Assembly: GCA_965222605.1 (NCBI GenBank)
Contig: OZ244960.1
Coordinates: 768,001 to 832,000 of the forward strand
DNA length: 64,000 bases
Reading direction: 5' to 3'
Source of the DNA: Candidatus Latescibacterota bacterium
GTDB lineage: Bacteria; Latescibacterota; UBA2968
A program made the position numbers and the translations under genes. Below are positions 50,363-59,667 of this stretch, in pieces. Position 1 is the first letter of the stretch. Every line of letters starts with the position of its first letter. A model generated the notes under the pieces. It worked only from the letters and a program-made list of their open reading frames with translations. It had not been told where the DNA came from and ran no database searches.

Positions 50363-51631
50363 TTATTTTCGTCCGTCTGCGATCTCAGATAATCGCTCGC
50401 GGTTGGCAGCCACCTTGGCAAACGCCTGTGCGGTCTGCTCCACCCACTCGGCAGAGGGCGCGACTGGCGTGGCAAGCCAAAAACTCATATCCTGTAACCG
50501 CTCACTCACCGGCAAATTGCACACAGGCCGCCTCGCCTCTGCCGACAAATCCGCCCACGGCCCACCCAAACCATCGAACGAAAAATCGTTGAAAAGCGGT
50601 TCCAGGTGCATCGCGCTATACCCCCAGGCCGTAGTCTCTGCGACGTACACCCCTTCTGCAACCAGCGCTTTTATGATAATCGGGAGCGAAGCACCAAACA
50701 CATCGGGATCAACCGTTCCAGCGTATAGCAACATCCCGCCCCGCCTCGCCTTCGGATATGTCTTTTGCGGAGCCACACCGGGAATGTCATCGAGCAAATT
50801 ATCCATCCGATCAAACCAGGCCGCCCGTTTCTCATTCAGCCCCGGCAATCGCTCTAACTGTGCGCGAGCCATCGCAATACCCAGAGGATTTGCGCGGTAT
50901 TTGACACCCAGACCCATATTGCGAAGTGCCTTAAAACGATCCGTCTGCCACAGCGCATCGCACCGCCCGCACTGCCCCAGAGCCAGCATGCGGTCGTAGA
51001 GATCATCGTCATTCGTCGTCGCAACACCGGCTTCTATGCCAGACACTGGCTTTTTCTCCTGAAGGCTAAAACAGCCGATATGCCCAATAGAACCGACCAT
51101 CTTATCGCCCCACATCGCCCCAGGGGCATGGGACGCATCTTCAATCAGCGCGATATCGGTCCCTTCTACAATATCTAAAAACGCATCCATATCTGCCGGA
51201 TTGCCATAAAGATGTGTCACCACAATCGCACATGTGCGGTGCGTAATCCGCTTTTTGACATCCTCGGGATCAGCGCAAAATGTTTCCGGATCTACTTCGC
51301 AGAACACAGGCGTCGCATTGCAGTGCAAAATCGGCGTAATCGTCGCGTGCCATGTCGCAGTGGGCACAATCACCTCTTTCCCAGCGCATGCACCTGCGGC
51401 AAAAATCGCCGAGTGTAGCGCTGCTGTGCCATTGCACATACAAAGCGCGTGTTTGGTCCCCACAAAAGCCCGATACTCTTCTTCAAACTTGTCGAGCTGC
51501 GCGTAAGCGTCATCCTTGTTGTCCAGAACATGGTTGACGTATTGCTTCTCCAGATCGCTCATATCTTGCCACGAATCATTCATTGAAGTAGTAACAGTTC
51601 TGGGACCACCGTCAATTGCCAGATCAGACAT
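50363..51631 (-). CDS. DegT/DnrJ/EryC1/StrS PLP-dependent aminotransferase
   Basis: NGTAALH, P.FCEVDP, HLYGNPADM, IEDASHAPG, FSLQEKK..EAG. Confidence 0.92.
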   Translation of the reverse strand: MSDLAIDGGPRTVTTSMNDSWQDMSDLEKQYVNHVLDNKDDAYAQLDKFEEEYRAFVGTKHALCMCNGTAALHSAIFAAGACAGKEVIVPTATWHATITPILHCNATPVFCEVDPETFCADPEDVKKRITHRTCAIVVTHLYGNPADMDAFLDIVEGTDIALIEDASHAPGAMWGDKMVGSIGHIGCFSLQEKKPVSGIEAGVATTNDDDLYDRMLALGQCGRCDALWQTDRFKALRNMGLGVKYRANPLGIAMARAQLERLPGLNEKRAAWFDRMDNLLDDIPGVAPQKTYPKARRGGMLLYAGTVDPDVFGASLPIIIKALVAEGVYVAETTAWGYSAMHLEPLFNDFSFDGLGGPWADLSAEARRPVCNLPVSERLQDMSFWLATPVAPSAEWVEQTAQAFAKVAANRERLSEIADGRK

Positions 51632-51746
51632 TTTTTTATTCCTCTCAATGGACCGCTGAGTTTATGCGATATACGTTATGAACATAGCTTACGCAAATAA
51701 GTCGCAGAAAGCAATCCATCTCGACAATCAAGTGAGCTAAAAAAAT

Positions 51747-51783
51747 AAAAACCGATCCCTATAACTTCAGAGATCGGTTTTTT
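51747..51783. terminator. Rho-independent terminator after the Rieske gene
   Basis: AAAAACCGATC..GATCGGTTTTT inverted repeat flanked by A/T runs. Confidence 0.7.
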
Positions 51784-51828
51784 GTTATTCTGATAAATAT
51801 TTAGCGACAGCCCCTAACTTCTCGCTTC

Positions 51829-52278
51829 TTAAAACAGAATCGACAACGTCTGTGTTCCATTGTCATAGGTACTCTCAAATCGCGGCAAAGGCGCGTTAGC
51901 TGGTCCGCGCAAAACCGCCCCTGTTGTCCTGTCAAACATCGCACCATGGCATGAACACCAGATTTGTGGATCGCGTTCCCCTGGCAAATCCACCTCGCAC
52001 GCCTCATGCGTACACACAGAACTCAAAACCACAAAATCTTCTTCCGCACGGCGGACAATGATCACGGGTGCTCCGCCGTTTTGCCCTTCAAAAACTTGTT
52101 TCACAGACCCTCCCACCTGTGCCAACGCAGACGCGCTGCCCACATCAAACTGCACACTCTCACCAGATGACTTCAACACATCATTCTCACAACCCGAAAT
52201 CCATCCGGCGCACATACCCCCCCCCACAAGCGCGAGGGCCTGTGTCAAAAACGCCCTTCTTTCCGTCTTCTCATCCAC
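51829..52278 (-). CDS. Tat-exported Rieske (2Fe-2S) protein
   Basis: ERRAFL Tat motif; CTHEAC and CSCHGAMFD; GPA..PL. Confidence 0.9.
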   Translation of the reverse strand: MDEKTERRAFLTQALALVGGGMCAGWISGCENDVLKSSGESVQFDVGSASALAQVGGSVKQVFEGQNGGAPVIIVRRAEEDFVVLSSVCTHEACEVDLPGERDPQIWCSCHGAMFDRTTGAVLRGPANAPLPRFESTYDNGTQTLSILF

Positions 52279-52300
52279 TGCTCTGCCTCCTCAATAAATC

Positions 52301-52921
52301 TTACGCCACAAGTGCCTTGTAAAACGGTCTCAACAATTTGCGAAGTTGGATGCGCGCCCGAAACAGACGCGACTTTACAGTGCCCACCGAACACCCTTCA
52401 ACACTGGCAATCTCCTGATACGACAACCCGTTCAACTCGCGCAGTACCAGCACAGACCGAAAAATGGGCGGCATCTGCGACATTGCGTGTGCCAGAACAT
52501 CGCGCAACTCGCCTTGCTCAACCACGTAATCCGTTCGCTTTGTATCTGCAAACAGAGCTTCACCATCTGCTTGTTTGTACCACCATTCATCATCCATCTT
52601 GACGTCATATTTGCGCTGTTGCGACTTAATCCAATCCAGACAACAATTGATACTGATGCGATACAACCAGGTGGAAAACAACGCTTGGCCCTTAAACCGG
52701 TGAAGCGACTGAAACGCCTTGATAAACGCGAGCTGTGCCAGATCATCGGCATCTTCCCTATTGCCCACCATGCCAAACGCCGTATGAAAAACCCGCACAT
52801 GGTGCCGCCGAACCAATTCTGAAAACGCCTTTGCATGCCCCTTTTGAGCATACCCAATGAGTAATTTGTCGTCGCATGTTGACCAATTGAACACAGAAAA
52901 TCTCCGCCTAAAATTCAACAA
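52301..52921 (-). CDS. ECF sigma-70 factor (RpoE-like)
   Basis: DADDLAQ.AFIKA, FSTWLYRI..N, GLSYQEIA..GTVKSRLFRAR; start position uncertain. Confidence 0.92.
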   Translation of the reverse strand: MLNFRRRFSVFNWSTCDDKLLIGYAQKGHAKAFSELVRRHHVRVFHTAFGMVGNREDADDLAQLAFIKAFQSLHRFKGQALFSTWLYRISINCCLDWIKSQQRKYDVKMDDEWWYKQADGEALFADTKRTDYVVEQGELRDVLAHAMSQMPPIFRSVLVLRELNGLSYQEIASVEGCSVGTVKSRLFRARIQLRKLLRPFYKALVA

Positions 52922-53975
52922 TCAAATTAAAAGATACACTTTGTCGCCTGTCGTAGTGATAAAATTCATCATTTGAAAAATTGCGCGAAATACCATATCC
53001 AAACTCCGTTGTCACGCGCTGTGTTAGGGGCAACTCCAAAAGCGCGTCAAAAAACGAATACTCATCCCGACGCAACGCGCCCCCTGGCAAAATCGCGCCA
53101 CTGACATCCCGCGCCAGGTCGTCTTTATAAGACTGCTTTTCGTATCCGCCTTCCAGAATAATCCGAACCTGCAATGGCAATTGCTGTGTCAGCCGCGCGG
53201 TTATTTGATCGCCGCTATAATCGTAGCGATCCTTTAAGATATCGTCATCGCCGTAAATGAGCGCATTGAACCGCGTGGGGGCATCATTCGCAGCCCGCAA
53301 ATTGATGCGCCGCTGATAGCGCACCCGCAAGCCCGTATTATCTGTCAGAGATTGCGCCACCTGCAAACCCAAAACCACCTGCCCTTCAGCCCCCTCGCGC
53401 AACTTATAGCCCAACCCCAGATCACCCCTCAATGTCGTACGCGAGGGCAAAAACTGGTTAATCTGAAAAAATGCGTAGTGATCGACATAACGCGACACAT
53501 TCAAATTTGGATACGACCGCCAGTTGAGCTGATACCCCACCCGCTTCATCGTATTCTCGTCGCTATACCATTTGCCCTGCACATATCCCGCCAGTCCGGT
53601 ATAATCATACACATCGTAAATGGAGCGATTTGCACGCGCAGCAAGCGCAAAACCCGCAAATATCCTATCGCGCTCACCACTGTTCAGATCGCGCACAAAA
53701 TCCACACCCAATCGATTGGTCGCAAAGGTTCGGTCGCCATTGTGACCAAATAAAAACCCATCGCCTGAAAAAAAGAACCGCAGATATGAAGCGTCCATCT
53801 CCACGGGGCGCATCACAGAAGCGGAAAGTTGCGTCACAAAAGCACTCGCCCCGCCATAAACCCCATCCACATTGGTATCGTAAATCGTTCCCACAGTCAC
53901 ATCTGTCAGCACATCTGCATCTGCTGTTTTCAGCCCCAGGAGCAATATAAAAAAAAGAATTGATAGACGTTTCAT
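52908..53975 (-). CDS. Outer-membrane beta-barrel protein
   Basis: Signal peptide, YDTNV, many Y/G-rich amphipathic strands, C-terminal ..FNLIVEF. Confidence 0.7.
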   Translation of the reverse strand: MKRLSILFFILLLGLKTADADVLTDVTVGTIYDTNVDGVYGGASAFVTQLSASVMRPVEMDASYLRFFFSGDGFLFGHNGDRTFATNRLGVDFVRDLNSGERDRIFAGFALAARANRSIYDVYDYTGLAGYVQGKWYSDENTMKRVGYQLNWRSYPNLNVSRYVDHYAFFQINQFLPSRTTLRGDLGLGYKLREGAEGQVVLGLQVAQSLTDNTGLRVRYQRRINLRAANDAPTRFNALIYGDDDILKDRYDYSGDQITARLTQQLPLQVRIILEGGYEKQSYKDDLARDVSGAILPGGALRRDEYSFFDALLELPLTQRVTTEFGYGISRNFSNDEFYHYDRRQSVSFNLIVEF

Positions 53976-54050
53976 AACGCATTCCTTTTTATAGCGGTGG
54001 ATTTATCAAATGGGGAAAGAGCAAGTACCCCTTCCCCATGAACCGATGAA

Positions 54051-55067
54051 TTATCCCGAGTTTGTGGATGGCGAATGATGGCCTCCCCGGCCACGAGGCC
54101 CACCCCGCCGGCCAGGCTTGCCATGCCCACGCTTCCCTCCTCGCGAACGCTCGGGACGTTCAACACCCCATTCCTCCAATTTCTCATCCACTGCCGCCCG
54201 AATGACTCGCCTGGATATATCCAACTCTTTCAACCCGTTAATCAACGTCTTAAGCTCTGTCTCCTGTTCTTCGGTCAAAAGCGCATCCAGACCGCGCTCA
54301 GGCCGTCCAACGCCCCACTCTTCCAACTTCGCATCCACCGCCGTGCGAATATCCTCCTTAGACGTATCCGACGCCCTCAACCCTTCAATCAACGTCTTAA
54401 TCTCGGCTTCCTGCTCTTCGGTCAACACGGATGCCAGACCACGCTCGGGACGTTCAATACCCCATTCTTCAAGCTGGTCATTCACAGCAGCGCGAATTTC
54501 TTCTTTAGATTTACCCTCTGCTCTTAACCACTCAACCAAAACCCTGATCCCGATTTCCTGGTCCTCGGTCAAAAGCGCATCCAAACCCTGCTCGGGACGT
54601 TCAACATCCCATTCTTCTAACTTAGCATCCACCGCCGCACGAATATCTTCCCTCGACGTATCCGACGCCCTCAACCCTTCAATCAACGTCGTCAATTCAG
54701 TCTTCTGATCTTCAGTAAGCAACTTTGCCAACCCGGACGAAATAACAGGACGTTCAGGAAATTCAATACCCCATTCTTCCAACTTGGCCTTCACTGCTGC
54801 GCGAATATCTTCCTTCGACGTATCCGATTCTTTCAAGCCGTCAACCAGAGTTTTCAATTCTGCGCGTTGCTCTTTGGTCAACTGCGACGATGTGCCGCGT
54901 TGTCCCAAAACACCTTTGCGCCCGCGATGATACGATATTCGCACATTATCATCAATGCCATCGGCATTTTCATCCACAAATACAGGTCCTGCCGCCTGCG
55001 CGTCCTGACCGCCCCACAGGGCACATGTCAATGCCAACGCAATGCTATAGATCATCCACTTTTTCAT
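54051..55067 (-). CDS. Periplasmic helical-repeat protein with five ~49-aa LTxxQ repeats
   Basis: Signal peptide, FVDENADGIDD, repeats LT(E/K)xQ..IRAAV..KLEEWG.E.PE, basic Gly-rich tail; AGGAG RBS before ATG 55067. Confidence 0.75.
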   Translation of the reverse strand: MKKWMIYSIALALTCALWGGQDAQAAGPVFVDENADGIDDNVRISYHRGRKGVLGQRGTSSQLTKEQRAELKTLVDGLKESDTSKEDIRAAVKAKLEEWGIEFPERPVISSGLAKLLTEDQKTELTTLIEGLRASDTSREDIRAAVDAKLEEWDVERPEQGLDALLTEDQEIGIRVLVEWLRAEGKSKEEIRAAVNDQLEEWGIERPERGLASVLTEEQEAEIKTLIEGLRASDTSKEDIRTAVDAKLEEWGVGRPERGLDALLTEEQETELKTLINGLKELDISRRVIRAAVDEKLEEWGVERPERSRGGKRGHGKPGRRGGPRGRGGHHSPSTNSG

Positions 55068-55605
55068 GGCCTTGCTCCTCACTGTTGAATTTCTGTCAAC
55101 CGCTCTCAAGCACCGATCCCATTTTGTCCGGCCGGAACCAAAATCCGATCAGCACCATCAACCTGCCGCACTTTGCGGCTACAGTATTTTAAACAATCAG
55201 CAGATCATTTCGTTCCCATGAAAATTGTAATAAATTGTTAAAATTGTTATAGTTTGTACACATAAAAAAGACCGGCAGGACTCGCTTCGCCACATCCTAA
55301 AATGTGGCTACACCTGTACAGCGATACCCCCACATCCATGCAGAAACGATCCCCGGTCTTGTATCTTTAGATCAGAAAATGGCCTCGCGCGTTCCATACA
55401 GGCTGAAAAAAAAACTGGCCTGTGATTGGCCGGCTATTAGCGATCACCCCATCCAATCACCCAAAATACTTTAGCCGTTGCACTTCGTTAATCCGATAAG
55501 GAAAAACCTGTTCAGTTGATTCCTTTTCCGCTTGCGAGAGCGGAAGGATCGCATTAGGTTACGCTGCGATATTTCGAGAACAACACTGGAATAGGAAAGG
55601 AGCAG

Positions 55606-56427
55606 ATGATGATTCGACTGGGAACAATGACGAGTGTGTGTCCAGATTGGTCTATCGAGCAGATTATCGATGGGATGCAGCGCCATGGGTTTGAAGGATT
55701 GGAACCTCGCGCGGGATGGGGACACGCCTCGGGTTTTGAACTGGACATGCCTGCGGCTGATCGAGATGCAGCGCGGGCGAAAATGAAAGATGCCGGACTA
55801 AAAATATCCTGCGTAGCTACCGGGGCGAAATTTGCTGCAGAAGACCCCGCAGCTCTGGATAAATCCATCGCCGAGGCCAACGCTGCAATAGATCTCGCGG
55901 CCGATCTGGGTGCCGGATTGATCCGCACATTTGGCGGCGCACGCGGCAAAGGCGAAATATTTTGGATGGTGAACCGCACGGCTGAGGCATACAAGCGCGT
56001 CATGGATCACGCAGCCGAACGCGGAGTCATTGTAATGATGGAAACGCACGACGAGTGGTGTGTCTCAACACAAGTGCGAGCAGTGGTTGAAAAAGTGAAT
56101 CATCCCAACCTGGGCATATTGTGGGACCTGATGCACCCGCAGCGCCACATGGAGCGACCCGAAGAAACCATGCAGACGATTGGAGCGATGACCAAACACC
56201 TGCACGCACACGACGGGTGTTATGACACCGAGAATGGAAAAATTACCACAGTCGCTCTGGGCGAAGGCGACCTGGATTATGTCACACCCTTAAAATTATT
56301 GCACGATGCTGGATTTGACGGGTTCTTTTCCGTAGAAGTAATCCACAAGCCCGGAAGCGATCACGATGCAGATGGAACCTTGAAAGCTTATGGCGATGGG
56401 TTCCGAAAAATTGTCGAAAATTTTTAA
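55606..56427 (+). CDS. Sugar phosphate isomerase/epimerase (AP endonuclease 2 TIM barrel)
   Basis: GF.GLE, IRTFGG, METHD, LWD..H, HLHAHD, LGEG..D, G.FSVE. Confidence 0.88.
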   Translation: MMIRLGTMTSVCPDWSIEQIIDGMQRHGFEGLEPRAGWGHASGFELDMPAADRDAARAKMKDAGLKISCVATGAKFAAEDPAALDKSIAEANAAIDLAADLGAGLIRTFGGARGKGEIFWMVNRTAEAYKRVMDHAAERGVIVMMETHDEWCVSTQVRAVVEKVNHPNLGILWDLMHPQRHMERPEETMQTIGAMTKHLHAHDGCYDTENGKITTVALGEGDLDYVTPLKLLHDAGFDGFFSVEVIHKPGSDHDADGTLKAYGDGFRKIVENF

Positions 56428-56452
56428 GTTGTTTGATCATCAGGAGAATGGC

Positions 56453-57877
56453 ATGGCAAAACAGAATCTAATTTTATTTGGAATCGATAGTTTGTGGTCA
56501 GATCACATGAGTTGTTATGGCTATGATCGGCTCACGACGCCGCATATCGACAAATTTGCTACACAGGGCGTCTTGTTCGAAAATACATTTAGCGCACATG
56601 TTCCCACCACACCGGCCTATGCGTCAATGCTCACGGGAATGGATTGTTTTTCCACCGATGTCGTGGCACTGCGCCATCGCGGCGGGTTGACAGAAGATGT
56701 CACGACCTTGCCCGAAATTTTGAGCGGAGAAGGCTATGAGACCGTGTGTGTGGGCTTTACGGGAAATCCGAGTTCTCGCGGATTTGATGAGTATGTGAAC
56801 TTCAGAGCATGGGGAAGTTGGGACGAACGTCCGCTGCACAAGGCCGAGTTGCTCAATGAAGTGACATTGCCCGAACTAGAACGCCTGGCCGCGGGCGACA
56901 AACCGTTTTTCCTATTTTTGCGACACATGGACCCACACGCGCCCTATTTACCACCGCCACCGTACGATTCGATGTTCTACAGCAAAGACCCGTGCGACCC
57001 GTCCAAAACCACTATGGAACCGGTAAAAGCATTCAAGCCGTTTCGAGATTTCCATTTGAGCTGGATGCCGCCGGGCATTACCGACGCCGATTTTGTGGTG
57101 GCGCAATACGACGGCGAAGTCGCCTATATGGATGCGTGTATCCAGCGCCTGCTCACCCGTATTGATGAACTGGGTCTGAGAGATAATACCCTGGTCGTAA
57201 TCAATGGCGACCACGGCGAGACCCTCGACGAACACGATTGCTATTTTGATCATCACGGGATATATGAGTGTACCTTAAAAGTGCCCCTGACAATGCGTTT
57301 GCCCGGGCATTTGCCCGAAGGCGTGCGCGTGAAAGGCTACAATCAGCACAAAGATCTCACGCCCACTATCCTGGAACTTCTGGATGTAGAAACAGATATC
57401 GCATTTGATGGGCGCAGCTTGATCTCGATGGTTGAGGGAAAACGCCACACGCACGAATCGGAATTTTATATTACCGAGTGTACCTGGATGCGAAAACACG
57501 GCTGGCGCACCCCCGAGTGGAAGTTGATCGTGGCATTGGAACCCGATTTCCATTTTAAGCCCGAAGTAGAGCTTTACAATTTGATTCAGGACCCGGGCGA
57601 AACCACAAATCTGGCAGACAAAGAACCCGAAATGGTCGCCCTATTGCGCGGACGAATGGAAGCCTGGATTGCCAAACGCGAGAAAGAAGTGGGCCATACC
57701 AATCCCATGTACACAAACCTGAACTGGCACGGCCGCAAAGATTACGACGGGCCATTCAAATCCTCAGAAGATGCGTACAACAATATGCACATCGGTTCTG
57801 CCAGCCAGGCCGCGCGATTGCAGGCGGGGAATAAGAAGGTGGAAGGCACTGTTGCGGAAAAGGCGAAAGACGACTAA
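56453..57877 (+). CDS. Sulfatase-like alkaline-phosphatase-superfamily hydrolase
   Basis: N.IL..IDSL..DH..YGY.R.TTP.ID, DPHAPY.PP, YDGEV.Y.D, GDHGE, ELYNL..DPGE..NL. Confidence 0.88.
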   Translation: MAKQNLILFGIDSLWSDHMSCYGYDRLTTPHIDKFATQGVLFENTFSAHVPTTPAYASMLTGMDCFSTDVVALRHRGGLTEDVTTLPEILSGEGYETVCVGFTGNPSSRGFDEYVNFRAWGSWDERPLHKAELLNEVTLPELERLAAGDKPFFLFLRHMDPHAPYLPPPPYDSMFYSKDPCDPSKTTMEPVKAFKPFRDFHLSWMPPGITDADFVVAQYDGEVAYMDACIQRLLTRIDELGLRDNTLVVINGDHGETLDEHDCYFDHHGIYECTLKVPLTMRLPGHLPEGVRVKGYNQHKDLTPTILELLDVETDIAFDGRSLISMVEGKRHTHESEFYITECTWMRKHGWRTPEWKLIVALEPDFHFKPEVELYNLIQDPGETTNLADKEPEMVALLRGRMEAWIAKREKEVGHTNPMYTNLNWHGRKDYDGPFKSSEDAYNNMHIGSASQAARLQAGNKKVEGTVAEKAKDD

Positions 57878-57892
57878 ACCAAAAGGTGCAAA

Positions 57893-58312
57893 GTGCCGAC
57901 ACAGGATGAATTGAAGGCATTGGCCTCTCTCCGATTACAGGAGGCAGAGACGCTGTACAATGCAGGCCAGTATAATGGTAGTGTCTATCTTGCAGGATAT
58001 GCCGTGGAACTCGCTTTGAAGGCCAGAATCTGTAAGGTATTGGGTTTGAGCGATTATCCGGATCAAGGGAAATTAAAGCCTGTCTATGCTGTGCATGACC
58101 TTGATCAACTGCTACTCCTTGCAGGTCTTAAGCCAGAATTGGATTCCAGCAATCAAATATTGTTCAATAACTGGTCAACAGCGGTTCCGTGGAATCCTCT
58201 GTGGCGATACGCAGCAACAGGCACCTATTCACAGCAGGATGCTATTGATATGTTGGATGCAATCAGAGATGAAACAGATGGGGTCTTACAATGGATCATG
58301 AAATACTGGTAA
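57893..58312 (+). CDS. HEPN-domain protein
   Basis: RL.EA..L..Y.GSVYLAGYAVELALKA.I, HDL..LL, W.P..RY. Confidence 0.75.
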   Translation: MPTQDELKALASLRLQEAETLYNAGQYNGSVYLAGYAVELALKARICKVLGLSDYPDQGKLKPVYAVHDLDQLLLLAGLKPELDSSNQILFNNWSTAVPWNPLWRYAATGTYSQQDAIDMLDAIRDETDGVLQWIMKYW

Positions 58313-58686
58313 ATCAACTTCGCATGCTTCTTGAGAGGTTGAGCGATAAACGGGGCCCTGTAGCACTCTTTATGCTCAATACTTTTGGGCCTGGCTTTGC
58401 ACAACCCTGGCACTTAATCGTCAGTGCCAAAGAACTTGACAAGCTTTCTCGCTCTGAAGCGATCAAGGAAATGACAACGCTCGTTCGGGAACACGGCGAT
58501 GAATCTTTTTGGCGACCGCTTATTCGAATCACGGTTCTAAAAACCCAAGACCCATTTGTGCATTCCGTTAATGCCTCAATGCGAGTAAGCCCGAATGAGA
58601 TAGTAACGATCTCTGACGCCACCGTAGCGGGATTTGAGATTCCTTATGCTCTGTTGGTTCGTTCACAAAGCGTAGCAGCTGTTTAG
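58291..58686 (+). CDS. Hypothetical protein coupled to the HEPN gene (possible degenerate nucleotidyltransferase fold)
   Basis: Overlaps the HEPN stop; W.LIVSA..LD pattern. Confidence 0.55.
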   Translation: MDHEILVNQLRMLLERLSDKRGPVALFMLNTFGPGFAQPWHLIVSAKELDKLSRSEAIKEMTTLVREHGDESFWRPLIRITVLKTQDPFVHSVNASMRVSPNEIVTISDATVAGFEIPYALLVRSQSVAAV

Positions 58687-58754
58687 TGCAGGGAAGTTGG
58701 TTGAGATTGAATAAACTAATAGCGGTTGATAACATGACTTCCGAAGCGATTAAG

Positions 58755-59021
58755 ATGATAAATCCAAGAGTAAAAGATGTGACGCCACTTGCTGATTATC
58801 AACTCAAAATAGCGTTTACAAATGGTGAAGTTGGCATCTATGACTGTCGTCCTTTGCTGAATTTCGGGGTGTTCAAAGAACTGACAGACGAAGCTTATTT
58901 TCACCAAGTTCGAGCAGAAGATGGCACCGTCGTATGGCCTCATGAGCAAGATATTTGTCCCGATACCGTTTACTTGGACTCAAGGAAATACAAGAACAGC
59001 GAGGTTTTATTATCTTTTTAA
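58755..59021 (+). CDS. DUF2442-family protein
   Basis: V..V.PL.DY.L.I.F.NGE..YD..F..L.D..YF..V..GTV.WP.E.DI.PD..Y. Confidence 0.85.
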   Translation: MINPRVKDVTPLADYQLKIAFTNGEVGIYDCRPLLNFGVFKELTDEAYFHQVRAEDGTVVWPHEQDICPDTVYLDSRKYKNSEVLLSF

Positions 59022-59111
59022 CTGGTTGAGGAAGGTTCAACCAGTCAAGCCGCGTAGTTGTAGGTAAAAATAAGAGGGTGGAATACACGTTTTCAGAAAA
59101 TAGGGTGACTC

Positions 59112-59666
59112 ATGCTCAGAGGCGTAACGAGTCGGAGTGAAACAAAGAGATGCCAAAAGCTCCTTGAAGACACACTCTCAAAGGGGTTGAACTTGGAAGT
59201 GTGTGTCAAAATTGGGCGTCGTGGTACAAGTGACATTCGTCCTGTAAAGCACAATCGGACAGTTTGGTTTACATCAGAAAAGCGCGATTGGAAAAAAAAG
59301 TTCTGGAATGTATTTGGCCTGAATCCGGATAAAAGTAAGCAAAACAATATTGTGGTCGAAATAAACATACCAACTGATGGAATAGATCTTCGTATTGGTG
59401 CAGGTATGTTTGCCGTTGATGAAAAGGGTTCTGTATTTTTGTTACACAGTGGAAGGATTGGTGGTGGTCGTAAAGGTATTAACAAGACAAACTTTCTCGC
59501 TTGGTATTCACAGTACGTCGCCCTGGTAGAGATAAAGAACAGTACAAAGGTTGTGGAAGGTATTCTGATTGGTAACATCTTTGAAAAAAAGGATTTAATC
59601 AAAGGGCTTACCAAATTTATTAAGGATGTCAATCGTTTCAAGATTGAATACGTTGGAGGTATATGA
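59112..59666 (+). CDS. Hypothetical protein
   Basis: 184 aa ORF, visibly AT-rich; WN.FGL, VEIN.P, H.G.IGGG..G motifs; function unknown. Confidence 0.55.
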   Translation: MLRGVTSRSETKRCQKLLEDTLSKGLNLEVCVKIGRRGTSDIRPVKHNRTVWFTSEKRDWKKKFWNVFGLNPDKSKQNNIVVEINIPTDGIDLRIGAGMFAVDEKGSVFLLHSGRIGGGRKGINKTNFLAWYSQYVALVEIKNSTKVVEGILIGNIFEKKDLIKGLTKFIKDVNRFKIEYVGGI

Positions 59667-59667
59667 C

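Noticed and set aside
54051-55067. Similarity of the repeats to nematode polyprotein allergen (eukaryote-derived gene)
   Set aside because: Resemblance is limited to generic LTxEQ..GKSKEEI helices; a bacterial LTxxQ family is more parsimonious without a search
55520-55555. Hairpin upstream of the isomerase gene as a riboswitch
   Set aside because: Single stem with no recognisable aptamer consensus
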